A DNA stretch of 63,978 nt, the filler included, from Octopus bimaculoides (lineage: Eukaryota), in assembly GCF_001194135.2 (NCBI RefSeq). It is 5 parts of 5 records of this genome, joined end to end, with 100 filler letters (N's around TTAATTAATTAA, not from the genome) between each part and the next. Parts side by side here need not be neighbours in the genome. Positions count along the whole stretch, not along the records: positions 51,689 to 61,561 come from NC_069003.1; positions 61,662 to 63,978 come from NC_068997.1; 3 more parts are not named here. One strand, written 5' to 3'. Position 1 is the stretch's first letter, and each line of letters opens with the position of its first letter. The notes under the pieces are model-generated. The model made no database searches, had not been told where the DNA came from, and saw nothing but the letters and a program-made list of their open reading frames with translations. The translations under genes and the position numbers were made by a program. Below are positions 51,589 to 63,978 of the stretch, piece by piece.

Positions 51589-51707
51589 NNNNNNNNNNNN
51601 NNNNNNNNNNNNNNNNNNNNNNNNNNNNNNNNTTAATTAATTAANNNNNNNNNNNNNNNNNNNNNNNNNNNNNNNNNNNNNNNNNNNNTATATATATATA
51701 TATATGT

Positions 51708-51925
51708 ATGTGTGTTTGTGTGTCTGTGTTTGTCCACCCCACCATCGCTTGACAACCGATGCTGGTGTGTTTGCGTCCCCGTAACCAAGCGGTTCGGCAA
51801 AAAGAGACCGATAGAATAAATACTAGGCTTATAAAGAATAAGTCCTGGGGTCGATTTGCTCGACTAAAGGCGCTGCTTTAGCATGGCCGCAGTCAAATGA
51901 CTGAAACAAGTAAAAGAGTAAAAGA
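51708..51925 (+). mobile_element. SINE S1 tail
   Basis: CATCGCTTGACAACCGATGCTGGTGTGTTTGCGTCCCCGTAAC...GCATGGCCGCAGTCAAATGACTGAAACAAGTAAAAGAGTAAAAGAG. Confidence 0.85.
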
Positions 51926-52321
51926 GTAAATAAACACAAAAATACCTAATACTAAATTAGACACTTTATAAGACGAAACGGATTTGAAGAAAATGTATAT
52001 GGAACCTTCATAATCTAAGCGACGGCATTAGCTATTAAGCCAAATGATATCCAGCATATTTCGTCCAATAACATTAACATCTATAGCATGCCACTAATCG
52101 TTTCGCGCAGTTTCCACCTTGAAATACCTCATATTTATATGACTGAAACCATCTCTATTATACTAGTATTGGTAGTTGCAGCTATATAGCAAATGTACGC
52201 GCGCACGCACACATGTGGTATAAAGTATTTACTAATGACGTCATTGAATCTAGAACGTTGAATAAATATAAACAACATTTCAAACGACAACATATACATA
52301 TATACATGCATACACATCCAT

Positions 52322-52359
<38 letters not shown>

Positions 52360-52929
52360 AACAATTATGCTTCTGCCTAGCTATAGCGTTATTAATAACC
52401 ACTTGTAAGAAATCTTTTTTTCTTTTATAACAGTCGAATCCTTTATCCAAAATTCCCCAAATCCGAAACCTTCCAAAATCCGAGAATTTTGCTTGAAAGC
52501 TAACAAATGGAAAATTCCACGATGTGCTGGGAATATTCCACCATGTACAGCTGGTTTATATTGTTATGATACGTGAGTTTATATGCAGTAAATACCATGT
52601 TTTGTACAATATTCACGAAATCTTTCTTTCTACGTAAGATTTGAATTTCACTTCCATGTTTGAATGTAACACGACTAGCACCATTATTTGTACATTATTT
52701 TAGAAATAAAATGCTGCCTTTTCTTTCATTTTCTGCTTTTCATTTTATTTACCTGTAATTATTTCCTATGCCTTGTTTTTATACCTTACATAAAACCTAA
52801 TACCTGTGTAGTAAAGAAAATAAAAAAAATAATGGTCTACGTGTTCCTTTTAAGTAAAACATGAATGTCGTAGGTGAAAACTGATACCGTACCTTTGTGA
52901 TGGTATTATGTATAATATATTAGTACAAA

Positions 52930-53250
52930 GTGGAGGCGCAATGGCCCAGTGGTTAGGGGAGCGGACTCGCGGTCGGAGGATCGCGGTTTCGATTCCGACT
53001 CCCAGACCAGGCGTTGTGTGTGTTTATTGAGCGAAAATACCTAAAGCTCCACGAAGCTCCTGCAGGGGGTGGTAGCGATCCCTGTTGTACTCTTTCGCCC
53101 CAACTTTCTCTCACTCTTTCTTCCTGTTTCTTGTAACGCTGCGATGGACTGGCGTCCCATCCAGCTGGGGGGAACACATCCGCCATAGAAACCGTGAAAC
53201 CGGGCCCATGAGCCTGGCTAGGCTTGAAAAGGGCGCATAAAAATAAAATA
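52930..53250 (+). mobile_element. SINE S3 head with an alternative 3' module, 13-bp TSD
   Basis: TSD ATATTAG(T/C)ACAAA at 52917-52929 and 53251-53263. Diverges from other S3 copies after TTCCTGTTTCT into CTGCGATGGACTGGCGTCCCATCCAGCTGGGGG. Confidence 0.85.
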
Positions 53251-53419
53251 ATATTAGCACAAATTTATGTAAAACTATAGTCAGGATATATGTATGTGCT
53301 ATGTTATAAACTGTAAACGGATATTGTGTTTAGATTTGGGTTTTATCAACATGCTATCCTTATTTATAGGTGCGAATATAAAAATACCCCGATATATGTG
53401 TTCTTTGCTTACGTCCCCG

Positions 53420-53552
53420 TAAATTAGAGGCGCAGTAAAAGAGCAATAGAATTGATACCGCGGTCGATTTATTCGACAAAAACTCTTGAAGGCAGTGCCC
53501 AAGCATGGCCGCAGTCCAATGACTGAAACAAGTAAAAGATAAAAGATAAAAG
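53420..53552 (+). mobile_element. SINE tail related to S1
   Basis: GGTCGATTTATTCGAC...GCATGGCCGCAGTCCAATGACTGAAACAAGTAAAAGATAAAAGATAAAAG. Confidence 0.7.
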
Positions 53553-54751
53553 AGATAGCTCTAGTCGTGATGAAATAGAGATTTAAGATGCTACAAAACG
53601 CCTGAATTTGTTATGCCATATAGCAAGATAAAAGATTTCTATACAGCTGTAGCGGTTACGTAACTATAAATGGTATTCCGCTACACCTGTAGCTGTCGTA
53701 CAAATATATATGACATTTCTATACACCTATTGAGTAATAGGATAACAAAACTTCAATTAATTTATGTGAAACACAACAGGGAATGGATAGAGGTTGGGAA
53801 TGGTTAAAAATTTGGTCTCTTTCCAATTTGTTAATGAATTTTGTCTGAGACTAATTCACCTAATTACCGCTTCTCTATTTGTACTATTGATTGAGAAAGT
53901 TAAGTATCATTTCACACGCACACACACACATACACATGCACGTGCATATATATATATATATATATANNNNNNNNNNNNNNNNNNNNNNNNNNNNNNNNNN
54001 NNNNNNNNNNNNNNNNNNNNNNNNNNNNNNNNNNNNNNNNNNNNNNNNNNNNNNNNNNNNNNNNNNNNNNNNNNNNNNNNNNNNNNNNNNNNNNNNNNNN
54101 NNNNNNNNNNNNNNNNNNNNNNNNNNNNNNNNNNNNNNNNNNNNNNNNNNNNNNNNNNNNNNNNNNNNNNNNNNNNNNNNNNNNNNNNNNNNNNNNNNNN
54201 NNNNNNNNNNNNNNNNNNNNNNNNNNNNNNNNNNNNNNNNNNNNNNNNNNNNNNNNNNNNNNNNNNNNNNNNNNNNNNNNNNNNNNNNNNNNNNNNNNNN
54301 NNNNNNNNNNNNNNNNNNTATATATATATATATATATATGCATACATATCTTTGTAAATGCATATACATACGCATATTCATACATACATATATACATACA
54401 TACATTCAAGCAAACATACATACATACATACGTACATACAATACATGCATACGTACATACATACATATATGTATTCATACAAACAGAAAGCCACTGACAT
54501 GTACATTGAAAAGAACTATGGAAGGTTACACTGACAATATCAAATTGGTTTTTGCTATAGCATGGGCAAATATTGTAGTCAAGAATGAAAACACTGACTT
54601 GGCAGGAGACTCTAGGCCTATTGCTTGTTTAAGCATTATTTACCGACTATATACAAACTATTTCAAGCAATTTCGACGAAACCATGGCTAGTGGAGCGAA
54701 ATAGTGACAGATGGACAGAAGAACATGGAAACAGTAATAAGTGGGCGTAGG

Positions 54752-55184
54752 AAGGTTTCGAGCTGGCAGAAACGTTAGCACGCCGGGTGAAATGCTTAGC
54801 GGTATTTCGTCTGCCGCTACGTTCTGAGTTCAAATTCCGCCGAGGTCGACCTTGCCTTTCATCCTTTCGGGATCGATAAATTAAGTACCAGTTACGCACT
54901 GGGGTCGATGTAATCGACTTAATCCCTTTGTCTGTCCTTATTTGTCCCCTCTGTGTGTAGCCCTTTGTGGGCAATAAAGATATAAGAAACGTTAGCGCAC
55001 CGGGCGAAATGCTTAGCGGTATTGCTTCTGTCTTTACGTTCTGCGTTCAAATTCCGCTGAGGTCGACTTTGCCTTTCATCTATTCGGGGTCGATAAATTA
55101 AGTACCGGTTGCGTACTGGGGTCGATCTAATTGACTGGACGCTACCCCAAAATTTCGGGCCTTGTGCCTAGAGTAGAAAAGGAG
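54752..55184 (+). mobile_element. SINE S2 dimer bounded by a perfect 14-bp TSD
   Basis: TAAGTGGGCGTAGG at 54738-54751 and 55185-55198; two B-box-containing units between them. Confidence 0.88.
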
Positions 55185-55231
55185 TAAGTGGGCGTAGGGA
55201 TGTATCAGATAATATCTGATAAACAACAAAG

Positions 55232-55420
55232 CTGCATTGCTGTGTGGTTATGAAGCTCGGTTTGCGAACGACGAGGTTTCAAGTTCAATCCGGGGCTATA
55301 GCTGAAGACATTTTCCTCATGATCCCTTGGGAGAGTGTCTTCTATTATACCTCCGGACAAATCAATCAATGCCTTGTAACAGAATTTGGCAGATGAAAAC
55401 TGTGTGGAAGCCCATCAAGT
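55232..55420 (+). mobile_element. SINE S1-like head, degenerate
   Basis: GCTGTGTGGTTATGAAGCTCG...GGTTTCAAGTTCAATCC...CCTTGGGAGAGTGTCTTCTATTATACC...ATTTGGCAGATGAAAACTG. Confidence 0.55.
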
Positions 55421-55465
55421 ATCATATCTACACACACATATATATATATATATCTACACACACAG

Positions 55466-55496
<31 letters not shown>

Positions 55497-55939
55497 TTAT
55501 GTGTATGTGTCTGTTTATGTAGAAGCATACATGCACACACACACGCACACGTACACGCACACAGACACACAAACACGCACGCACACGCACACACACACAC
55601 ATACAAATGCATATGTATTCTTGTTGTAGGGACTCTTCCCCCTCTCTTCCCCTCTCTCCCTCTGTCTCGATACACATACGTATGTGTTTCTATACAGGAG
55701 TATATTTATGTAGTTTTATAGCTAATTATTAGAGAGGACTAACCAGTGCAAGCGTATAATTAATACTACACGTGAATATAATTAACAAAGTGATTAGCAA
55801 ATACTTTCCCATCGACACATTATAAGCACTGGCTACCCTATGTGACTCTCTCTACGGTGGTCACACGACCTGATAGAAATAGCAGCCAAATCAGCCACTA
55901 ACCATACACATATATGCATAATAATGATTTCAAATTTCG

Positions 55940-56420
55940 GTACAAGGCCAGCAATATCGCGGGAGGAGGTAAGTGCTCAACCGGTACTTACTTTATCGAC
56001 CACGAATCCATGAAAGGCAAAGCCGACCTCGGCGGAATTTGAACTCAAGTGATTCCCAGCCACGGGCTGAAATGCTGCAGGCCTCAAGAGAAGTTTTCAG
56101 GCTGTCCTTGTATCGCCTCAGTGGCCTTTCATGGTTTCTTGCTCCAGAAGCCAGCTCAGAGAAGATCATCTTTGGTAGACGCGCGTCGTCCATTCGGACT
56201 ACATGTCCGACCCACCGGAGTTGGGCCTTCATGATGAGGGCTTCGATTCCGAGCATTTCGGCTCTGCGAAGCACCTCAGTCCTGGAGACTCTGTTCTCCC
56301 AGGAAATTCCCATGATTCCTCGCAAGCAAGCCGACCTCGGCGGAATTCGAACTCAAAACATGCAGACAGACAAAATGTCGCTAAGCATTTATACCGATAC
56401 GATAACGATTCTAACAGCCT
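55940..56420 (-). mobile_element. SINE S2 copy interrupted by an RTE fragment
   Basis: S2 sequence on both sides; AAGCCGACCTCGGCGGAATT(T/C)GAACTCAA is repeated at 56020-56048 and 56328-56356. Confidence 0.8.
56049..56327 (-). mobile_element. Internal RTE (BovB-like) RT-thumb fragment, no 3' tail
   Basis: LRGIMGISWENRVSRTEVLRRA...QLRWVGHVVRMDDARLPKMIFSEL...RPLRRYKDSLKTSL. Confidence 0.85.
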
Positions 56421-56841
56421 CGCCGTTTATATATGCATAATAATCCTTTCTACTGTAGGTACAAGGCCTGAAAATTTGGGGGAGGGGGCTAGTCGATTTC
56501 ATTGCTCCCCCCTAGTACTTAACTGGTACTTATTTCATCGACCCCTGTGTGAGAGTGAGACTGTGCATATGTAGATCTTTCAAATTACAGTACCTACACA
56601 ATTCATAAGGCATTGCTGTTGTATAACCCCAGGTCAACCACGAACCATACACCTATAATTAAAAGCTGATCAATCGTGATCATTGTCCCCTTTTATGTTT
56701 GCCAGGGTGTCTTTTTCTTCTTTCTAGAAAGTAGTGTGTCATTGGAATGAAATTTGACTGTTATATCTAGCACAACGAGTGACCATATAAAAATCCAATC
56801 GCTGGCTCCATCAAAATGCAATAACGTGATCATGTACGTGT

Positions 56842-56886
<45 letters not shown>

Positions 56887-57058
56887 TGTGTGTGTGTTAG
56901 GATGGGTATTCAGGCATTTAATTAACATTACAAACGAAGGAATATAGTTATTTAATTATCACAATTAATATAACATATGCATATAATTGACATTTGTACA
57001 CACACATACACTCACACTCACACTCACACCCGCACGCATACATACGTACACACATGCA

Positions 57059-57109
<51 letters not shown>

Positions 57110-57208
57110 AATTAACATTACCATATGTTTGTATTAGTAGCAGGAAGTAGAAACAGACTGCGTCAACACACACAAACTCGTATACGTGTGTGTGTTTGTG
57201 TGTGTGTT

Positions 57209-57251
<43 letters not shown>

Positions 57252-57477
57252 GTGTGTATGTGTGTGTGTGTGACGTAATTGTTTATTACATAAGATGATA
57301 GCCATTTCTGAATGGGAGGCTTACCGTGAATGCCGCTTGATTCTCTGAGTCCGTCTTTTCTTGTAAGTATGTGTGCGCGCATATGTGTGTAGTTATGTAT
57401 GCATATATATATACATGCATGTAGACACATACGTATGATAAATAATAAAATTGGTCATAATAATAATTATAATAATT

Positions 57478-57950
57478 GCCCTGACGCAGTATGAGGCAGT
57501 GGCTCTCAAGGCTTCTGATCTTAACTCGCTGGAAGTGTTATGTACATGTTTTGTCTTGGTGTAAAAGATGGACTACAGCAAATATTCTGCTCAATACCAC
57601 AGATTTGCTATGCCCTGGTGCAGTACCAGACGGTGGCTCTCATGGCTTCTGATCTTAATTGATTGGACGTGTTATCATGTACATTGTTTTGTCTTGGTAT
57701 AAAAGATGGGCTACAGTAAATATTCTGCTCAATACCACAGATTTGCTTGTCAGTTGCTTGATCTTAACCAGTTAAGCATGTCCCTTGGTGACTGACGATA
57801 TGTGCATCCCTGATCACGAGCAAAAGTAGTGGTGGAGCATCAAAGCCATGTGTTGAGAGAAATTCTTTGGGGTTTGAATTAGTCACTTCTGGAAAGATGG
57901 GCGTTTCGTTCAACATCCTTAAACAACTCTTATGCAGGGATCTTTTGCGT
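57478..57950 (-). mobile_element. 3' UTR of the R4/Dong-type copy A family, tandemly duplicated end
   Basis: 57670-57950 aligns with 44672-44940. The unit 57478-57608 is repeated from ~57611. A TAA-rich tract precedes 57478. Confidence 0.7.
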
Positions 57951-58441
57951 TTGCTTTTTTTCTAAAAGGGCTTTTCTACCCAATATTTACATTCTGTTTT
58001 TGTAACTTTATATGCTTCGATATCAACTGTTCCAAAGAAGACTAATAAGAATATATTTATAAAAATAAAAATAATTTCTTACGTAGGTGGTAATTCTCAG
58101 GTTTAGAAATTAAAATGTAAAAAAAAAAAACACAGCGTTCGAACCTGTTGTTAAGTTCCTTATTGATTTTATAGCTAAATCCACCCCGCTTCATTCCACC
58201 ACGTCTGGGTGTTAAACAAAGTGGAAATCATCTCCCGCTTATGTCTTTCCTACAAGCATCAACCTACGGAAGTTCAAATGACATGCCCCGCACATTCGTT
58301 TATTGGAAATTTAGTTTTATATTTATTTATGCATTTCGAAAAAAAGCCGCGAGGCGAAACATGGAGGGCGTCAAGTTCTCAGCCGGAATAAAGATCTTGC
58401 GCTACATTTGCCATTTTTTGTTGTTGCGTAGTTGTGTTTCG

Positions 58442-58442
<1 letters not shown>

Positions 58443-58491
<49 letters not shown>

Positions 58492-58576
58492 GTCTATCTA
58501 TCTATCTATCTGTCTGTCTGTCTGTCTGTCGTAATCTTTATCTTTTTTACTATCTATCTCTCTATCTATCTATCTC

Positions 58577-58643
<67 letters not shown>

Positions 58644-58684
58644 GTCTGTCTCTGTCAGTCTCTCTCTGTGTCTACTTAATTGCT

Positions 58685-58710
<26 letters not shown>
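58443..58710. repeat. (ATCT)n/(GTCT)n microsatellite (similar arrays near 5400-5450, 42567-42630, 63245-63380)
   Basis: Directly visible; source of the YLSI pseudo-ORFs. Confidence 0.95.
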
Positions 58711-58715
<5 letters not shown>

Positions 58716-58997
58716 TCGTTTATTCGTTTATTCGCAGCTATTTCTCACTCACCAATCATTGATGAGGTGAGAAAGTGCTTGGTATCCAGTTTCATAATTT
58801 TGTTTGTTACGTAATAAAGTTAAATTCTACATAACACCAATTATTGCCCAGAAGCTAAATGTGTTATCATCGTATTCCATACAAACTTTTCTCATAAGTA
58901 TCGTACAATACCGTCAATACTGGGTTCCTGGTTCAGTTCCTGCGCGTTGCAGTCAGTAACTGCATGTAAGCATTTCTTTTTTTTCCTTTTCTTTCTC

Positions 58998-59350
58998 CGG
59001 TCATAGGATCGCGGTTTCGATTCCCAGACCGGGTGTTGTGAGTGTTTATTGAGCGAAAACACCTAAAGCTCCACGAGGCTCCGGCAGGGGATGGTGGCGA
59101 ACCCTGCTGTACTCTTCCACCACAACTTTCTCTCATTCTTACTTCCTGTTTCTGTTGTGCCTGTAATTCAAAGGGTCAGCTTTGTCACACTCTGTGTCAC
59201 GTTGAATATCCCCGAGAACTACATTAAGGGTACACGTGTCTGTGGAGTGCTCAGCCACTTGCACGTTAATTTCACGAGCAGGCTGTTCCGTTGATCGGAT
59301 CAACTGGAACCCTCGACGTCGTAAGCGACGGAGTGCCAACAACAACAACA
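58998..59350 (+). mobile_element. SINE S3, 5'-truncated, complete 3' end with (AAC)n tail
   Basis: GGATCGCGGTTTCGATTCCCAGACC...GGAGTGCTCAGCCACTTGCACG...GTCGTAAGCGACGGAGTGCCAACAACAACAAC. Confidence 0.85.
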
Positions 59351-59979
59351 AATGCTTTTCTGCAATGGACAGTCATAAAGTAGGCGATGTAAAATGATCT
59401 TTGAGTATTGAACCCATATCGTTACTGACTTGCCTGGCTGATAGCCTACTTGGTGTTTGGGCGAATTTTTGGAGTGCATATGTTTTCAGCACTAAGAAAT
59501 CTATTCCACCTGCTTGATTCTGGCTAATTGCCAGACAGAGGAATAATGGCGTGTATACACATAGATACACAAATAAACACACGCATGAATTCAAACACAC
59601 ACACATACACACACACGCGCGCGCACACACACTTACACGCATACACTTGTATATACACACGCACACACGCATATATACATATAAATACACGCACATATAT
59701 ACATACAGACACACGCACACGCACACACACATACACACATATATATACATGCATGCATACATACATGCACATATATGCGTGACTGTGAAGATAAATATAC
59801 ACTCTTGATATATATTACATATACATATCATCATCATCGGTGGTGCATCAGCATGGCCGCAGCTCTGAGCTGAAACTTTGAAATGAAATGAAATGAAATA
59901 TGTTTATAAAGATAAAAATATACATTCATACATCTACACACACGCACATTTGAAGCTAACTCCATTTGCAGAAACACAA

Positions 59980-60383
59980 ATGCATGCCTCTTTAATCAGT
60001 CATGCAATGCTGAAGCGATTATATACGAAGCGGAAATAATCCCCACCGCACCGAACTTTAATATGGCGCGTAAACACTATGTAGAGATAGGAGAAGGTAC
60101 ATTTAAACAACAGTTATTTCAGTCATACTCCTCTTGCTCTAGATATCCAGACAAGAAGAATACAACAAAAATTATCCAATTACATCTGAAAAAATGTATT
60201 ACTAATTTCAGTATCAAGTGGGAGACACTTGAGTGGTGCAGACCATATGGAAATAGAATTAAAAGACGCCGAGAAAAGATTATACTTAGAGTCCTTAACA
60301 AATCGACAAATTATTTAAATGCAGAATTAAAAGTCTTCATCAAATCTCTCCATTTGATAAGATCTTCCTTAAAACAAAAATGA
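59980..60383 (+). pseudogene. Degenerate Penelope-like GIY-YIG endonuclease C-terminus (second lineage)
   Basis: AIIYEAEI...KHYVEIGEGTFKQQ...FSIKWETLEWCRPY...EKIIL...NYLN follows the PLE pattern IYxA...YIGxTExxFKxR...IKWxIL...PY...EK...LN. Confidence 0.6.
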
Positions 60384-60427
60384 AATATCTTGGTACCATC
60401 TGATTAAATAGACCAAAATGACTAAAG

Positions 60428-60660
60428 ATTAAGGCGGCGTGCTAGCAGAATCGTCAGTACGTAATGTAAAATGATTAGGAGCGTTTTGTTCGTCTTTATG
60501 TTCTGAGTTCAAATTCTGCCAAGTTCGATTTTGCATTTCATCCTTTCGGTGTTGAAAAAATAGGAACCAGTTAAGCACTGGCGTCGATGTATCCAACTTA
60601 GCCCTCACCCGAAATTGCTGGCCATGTGTCAAAAATTGAAGTCATTTACGTTATAAGTTC
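60428..60660 (+). mobile_element. SINE S2, diverged
   Basis: TAAGGCGGCGTGCTAGCAGAATCG...GTTCTGAGTTCAAATTCTGCCAAG...CAGTTAAGCACTGGCGTCGATG. Confidence 0.75.
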
Positions 60661-60677
60661 AAATTCCGCTGAGATTA

Positions 60678-60922
60678 TAGCCGCAATGATTGTAGCTGCA
60701 TTCACCAATTTAAACAAGATGACTGTTCAGAAGAGTTGCAAGAAATTCCGAAGTCGTCTGGAGGCTGCAGTTGAAGTCAATGGCGATTTTATTGAATAAA
60801 TTTACTCTTTAGTATTTCAAGATATTTTTATGTAATTTTGCTAAATATATCTATTAAAATGAGATGTCAGGGTTATTTTCATTTCTGTGTAATTTACACG
60901 ACAATTTATTCACCACACGCTG
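60678..60922 (+). mobile_element. maT-like transposon 3' terminus
   Basis: AAFTNLNKMTVQKSCKKFRSRLEAAVEVNGDFIE*, then terminus ...CACCACACGCTG|TA; homologous to 36152-36400. Confidence 0.8.
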
Positions 60923-61103
60923 TATATATAACGAAAAGAAAACTGCAGAGATATTTTTGACCCCAAACAGAAGGTAAACTGTTTTTACTTCAAATTTTTA
61001 TAAATTTTTACTAATGTTTGATAACATGAGATTCATCATGGAAACCGGTAATATTCTATATTTTCCTTTTCTAATTTTAAATCATTTTATTAANNNNNNN
61101 NNN

Positions 61104-61152
<49 letters not shown>

Positions 61153-61479
61153 AAATGCACATAAACGTACATGAGTGTACGCGTGTGTGCATGTGTGCGC
61201 GCGTGCGTATTTTTAGCCGCGTAAGTGTTAGTACGTGGGTGTAAGTCTATATACGATGTCTGATATCACTGATGATGATGATGATGATGATGATGGGAAT
61301 GATGGTGGTGGTGGTGTTTGATGATGATGATGATGATGACAATGACGACGATGATGATGAAACATTAGAAATCATGTATTGGAGACAACGGAGGTAATTA
61401 CTATATAGTTGTATATTGTTGTCTGTACCTTCACTTCTTGACTGAGTAGATATATATCTATATATTTATAAATGTATAT

Positions 61480-61561
<82 letters not shown>

Positions 61562-61661
61562 NNNNNNNNNNNNNNNNNNNNNNNNNNNNNNNNNNNNNNN
61601 NNNNNTTAATTAATTAANNNNNNNNNNNNNNNNNNNNNNNNNNNNNNNNNNNNNNNNNNNN

Positions 61662-61736
<75 letters not shown>

Positions 61737-62568
61737 TAGATAGATAGATAGATAATATATACATACACACACATATACATATATATATATATGTACCTGC
61801 ATATACATATATACATATAGATATACGTACATATGCGCACACGTACACATACACACACACACACCAATTATTAAACAGGCATACTCAATGGTAAATACAT
61901 ACCTTCGTATATACCATGTGCAGCGTATATATTTACCCATTATTCGCTTCATGAAAAAAAAAAAGAAAAAATTAGGGTTTGGTTAATGAAATTTTACAGC
62001 TTGATTGTTACTTTTACTGACAATGCTCTTCATATATTTACAATTCAAAATGTCTACCTTTTTGTTTTCAACAGAAGCCTTAATTCTTTATACCCGCCAT
62101 TTTTACCTCACATTTCTTCATGTCAGCCATTTTCAAGATTACAATTTGTTCATGCTTTGTTTCAGCTGCCACATTTAATTAAGAGTAAACATTAAAACAA
62201 AAGGATATTAGGAAGCATTTATACAGAATTTACAGATACTTTTGCACATCAGAGTGTTTCAATGTATGTTAGAATAATGGGTGGGTTTCTTATATTTGAA
62301 TAATAGGTAAATTTATATGCCACACCCGGCACATAACACATTCAACCCACCGATTACACGTTTGTCTTATCTTGACATCTCTTTGCCACAGCAAAGTGAA
62401 ATAACCCAGTTATTGCTGAGTTTGTTTGCTATGCTCACGCCACATCGAAGACTAAGTGAGAAAAAAAGGTTTGTTATGTCTCACGATTTGGGGATTAATT
62501 AACTGAAATAACAATGTCATAACAATTAAGAATCACAGAATAAGATATACACATATACTCACAGACAT

Positions 62569-62607
<39 letters not shown>

Positions 62608-62621
62608 ACACATTTATACAA

Positions 62622-62762
62622 CAGGCTTCTTTTAGTTTCCGTCTACCAAACGCATTCACAAGGCGCGGAGCGACCCGAGGCTATAAGCTCAAAGCACCTT
62701 GCTTTGGAACTGAACCCGAAACCAAGTGGTTTCAAAGCAAGTTTCTTAAACAAGCGGCCATG
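62622..62762 (-). mobile_element. SINE S1 5' half, diverged
   Basis: CTTCTTTTAGTTTCCGTCTACCAAA...CCGAGGCTATA...GGAACTGAACCCGAAACCAAGTGG. Confidence 0.65.
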
Positions 62763-63250
62763 TCTCCGCTTTTGCATCATTATTTAAAACAGGAATGCCT
62801 TAACATTGAGATAAAGACAGAAGTAACGACTTATATCATAACTTTAAAACAGATTGTTGAAAACAGAAGCGCGTTTTTCGTTACACTGAGACGAATACGT
62901 GAAGTGGCAGTGTAATAGACTTAATTCAATAAATTTCAAATGTCAATATCGTTTGATAACTGTGGGAAATAGAAGCAAATAATTACATTCGTATTTCTAT
63001 TTCAAATAAATAAAATATACGGTGACCGCAATCTTTGGATCAACCATTAGTATCCAGGCTTTGTGATCATCGCGCGCGCACGTCTGGTGTGCGTGCGTCG
63101 GTCCTGAATCTGTTGCTCTCAAACTATTCATAACATTAATTATGTTCACGAGAAGGTAAGGCGAAATCGTGTCAGTTGTCACGCTTGTCATTTATTGTGT
63201 AACGTACGCAGGTACACATAGCTATGACCCCCCCTCTCTCTCTCTCTTTC

Positions 63251-63298
<48 letters not shown>

Positions 63299-63333
63299 CC
63301 TATCTATATATTTACTTGTCTGTCTATCTATCA

Positions 63334-63375
<42 letters not shown>

Positions 63376-63918
63376 TTATCCATCTACTTTTGTTTATATG
63401 TCTGTCTGTGGGCCCTGTCTGTGGGCCCTGTCTGTGGGCCCTGTCTGTCGCTATCTGTCTATCTGTCTGTGTGTGTGTGTGTATGTGTATGTGTGTGTGT
63501 GTGTGTGTGTAATGTACCCACATATTACATCAACAAATAACAACTGGATTGTATATAAAGATACAATCCCCCACCACATATTTTATTTGTGTCTATGTAT
63601 ATATATATAAATCGATAGATATATATATATAGATATATATATATCTCGATAGATATATATATATGAATATGAATTGATATACATATATACACAAACACAT
63701 GTGTAGACATAAATGTACGTGTACATACATCAATATATGTGAGTATGTACATATGAATATACACATATTAATGCATGTGTATATCTATCAGTATATACCT
63801 ATGAACATATGTATACACCATATATATTATGACCTTAGTTTCTTGAATGGGTGAATAAGTGCATCTGTAACTATATATTTGATGATGGTGGTGGCGTTGG
63901 TGGTGCTGGTGGTGGTAC

Positions 63919-63951
<33 letters not shown>

Positions 63952-63978
63952 GCAACGGTATTTGAAGGAGCTGTGGTG

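Noticed and set aside
52930-53005. tRNA-like sequences at SINE heads
   Set aside because: A/B boxes are present but there is no complete cloverleaf or acceptor stem, and they continue into SINE bodies with TSDs.
57500-57660. Possible U2 snRNA relation (TAAGATCA on the minus strand)
   Set aside because: Only an 8-nt match; the region aligns with the LINE 3' UTR family.
20580-61617. Four identical TTAATTAATTAA islands
   Set aside because: Each is centred in a 100-bp N gap and has stops in all six frames; a scaffolding linker, not biology.
63050-63165. CpG-rich stretch ending in GAAG|GTAAGG, a possible exon donor
   Set aside because: No open frame or convincing acceptor; cannot be supported without RNA data.

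Overview
AT-rich, gap-riddled eukaryotic scaffold made almost entirely of decayed transposable elements and microsatellites. The repeat families suggest a coleoid cephalopod such as Octopus (inference only). I found no supportable host-gene exon, rRNA, functional tRNA or CRISPR array. Recognisable content: two tail-to-tail RTE LINE copies, a near full-length L1/Tx1-group LINE, several Penelope-like (PLE) remnants, a cluster of R4/Dong-type LINE pieces at (TAA)n arrays, Tc1/mariner fragments and three tRNA-derived SINE families (S1-S3, my labels). The strongest lead is a set of non-coding fold-back elements with long inverted arms and minimal type I hammerhead ribozyme motifs with palindromic stem III (best at 31071-31132; also 7143-7230, degenerate at 24686-24731). 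Other leads: a PHD finger inside the RTE reverse transcriptase, an RTE 3' end with three C2H2 fingers, and TSD-bounded composite SINE/LINE insertions. Element boundaries and identities were judged by eye and are approximate unless exact motifs are quoted.
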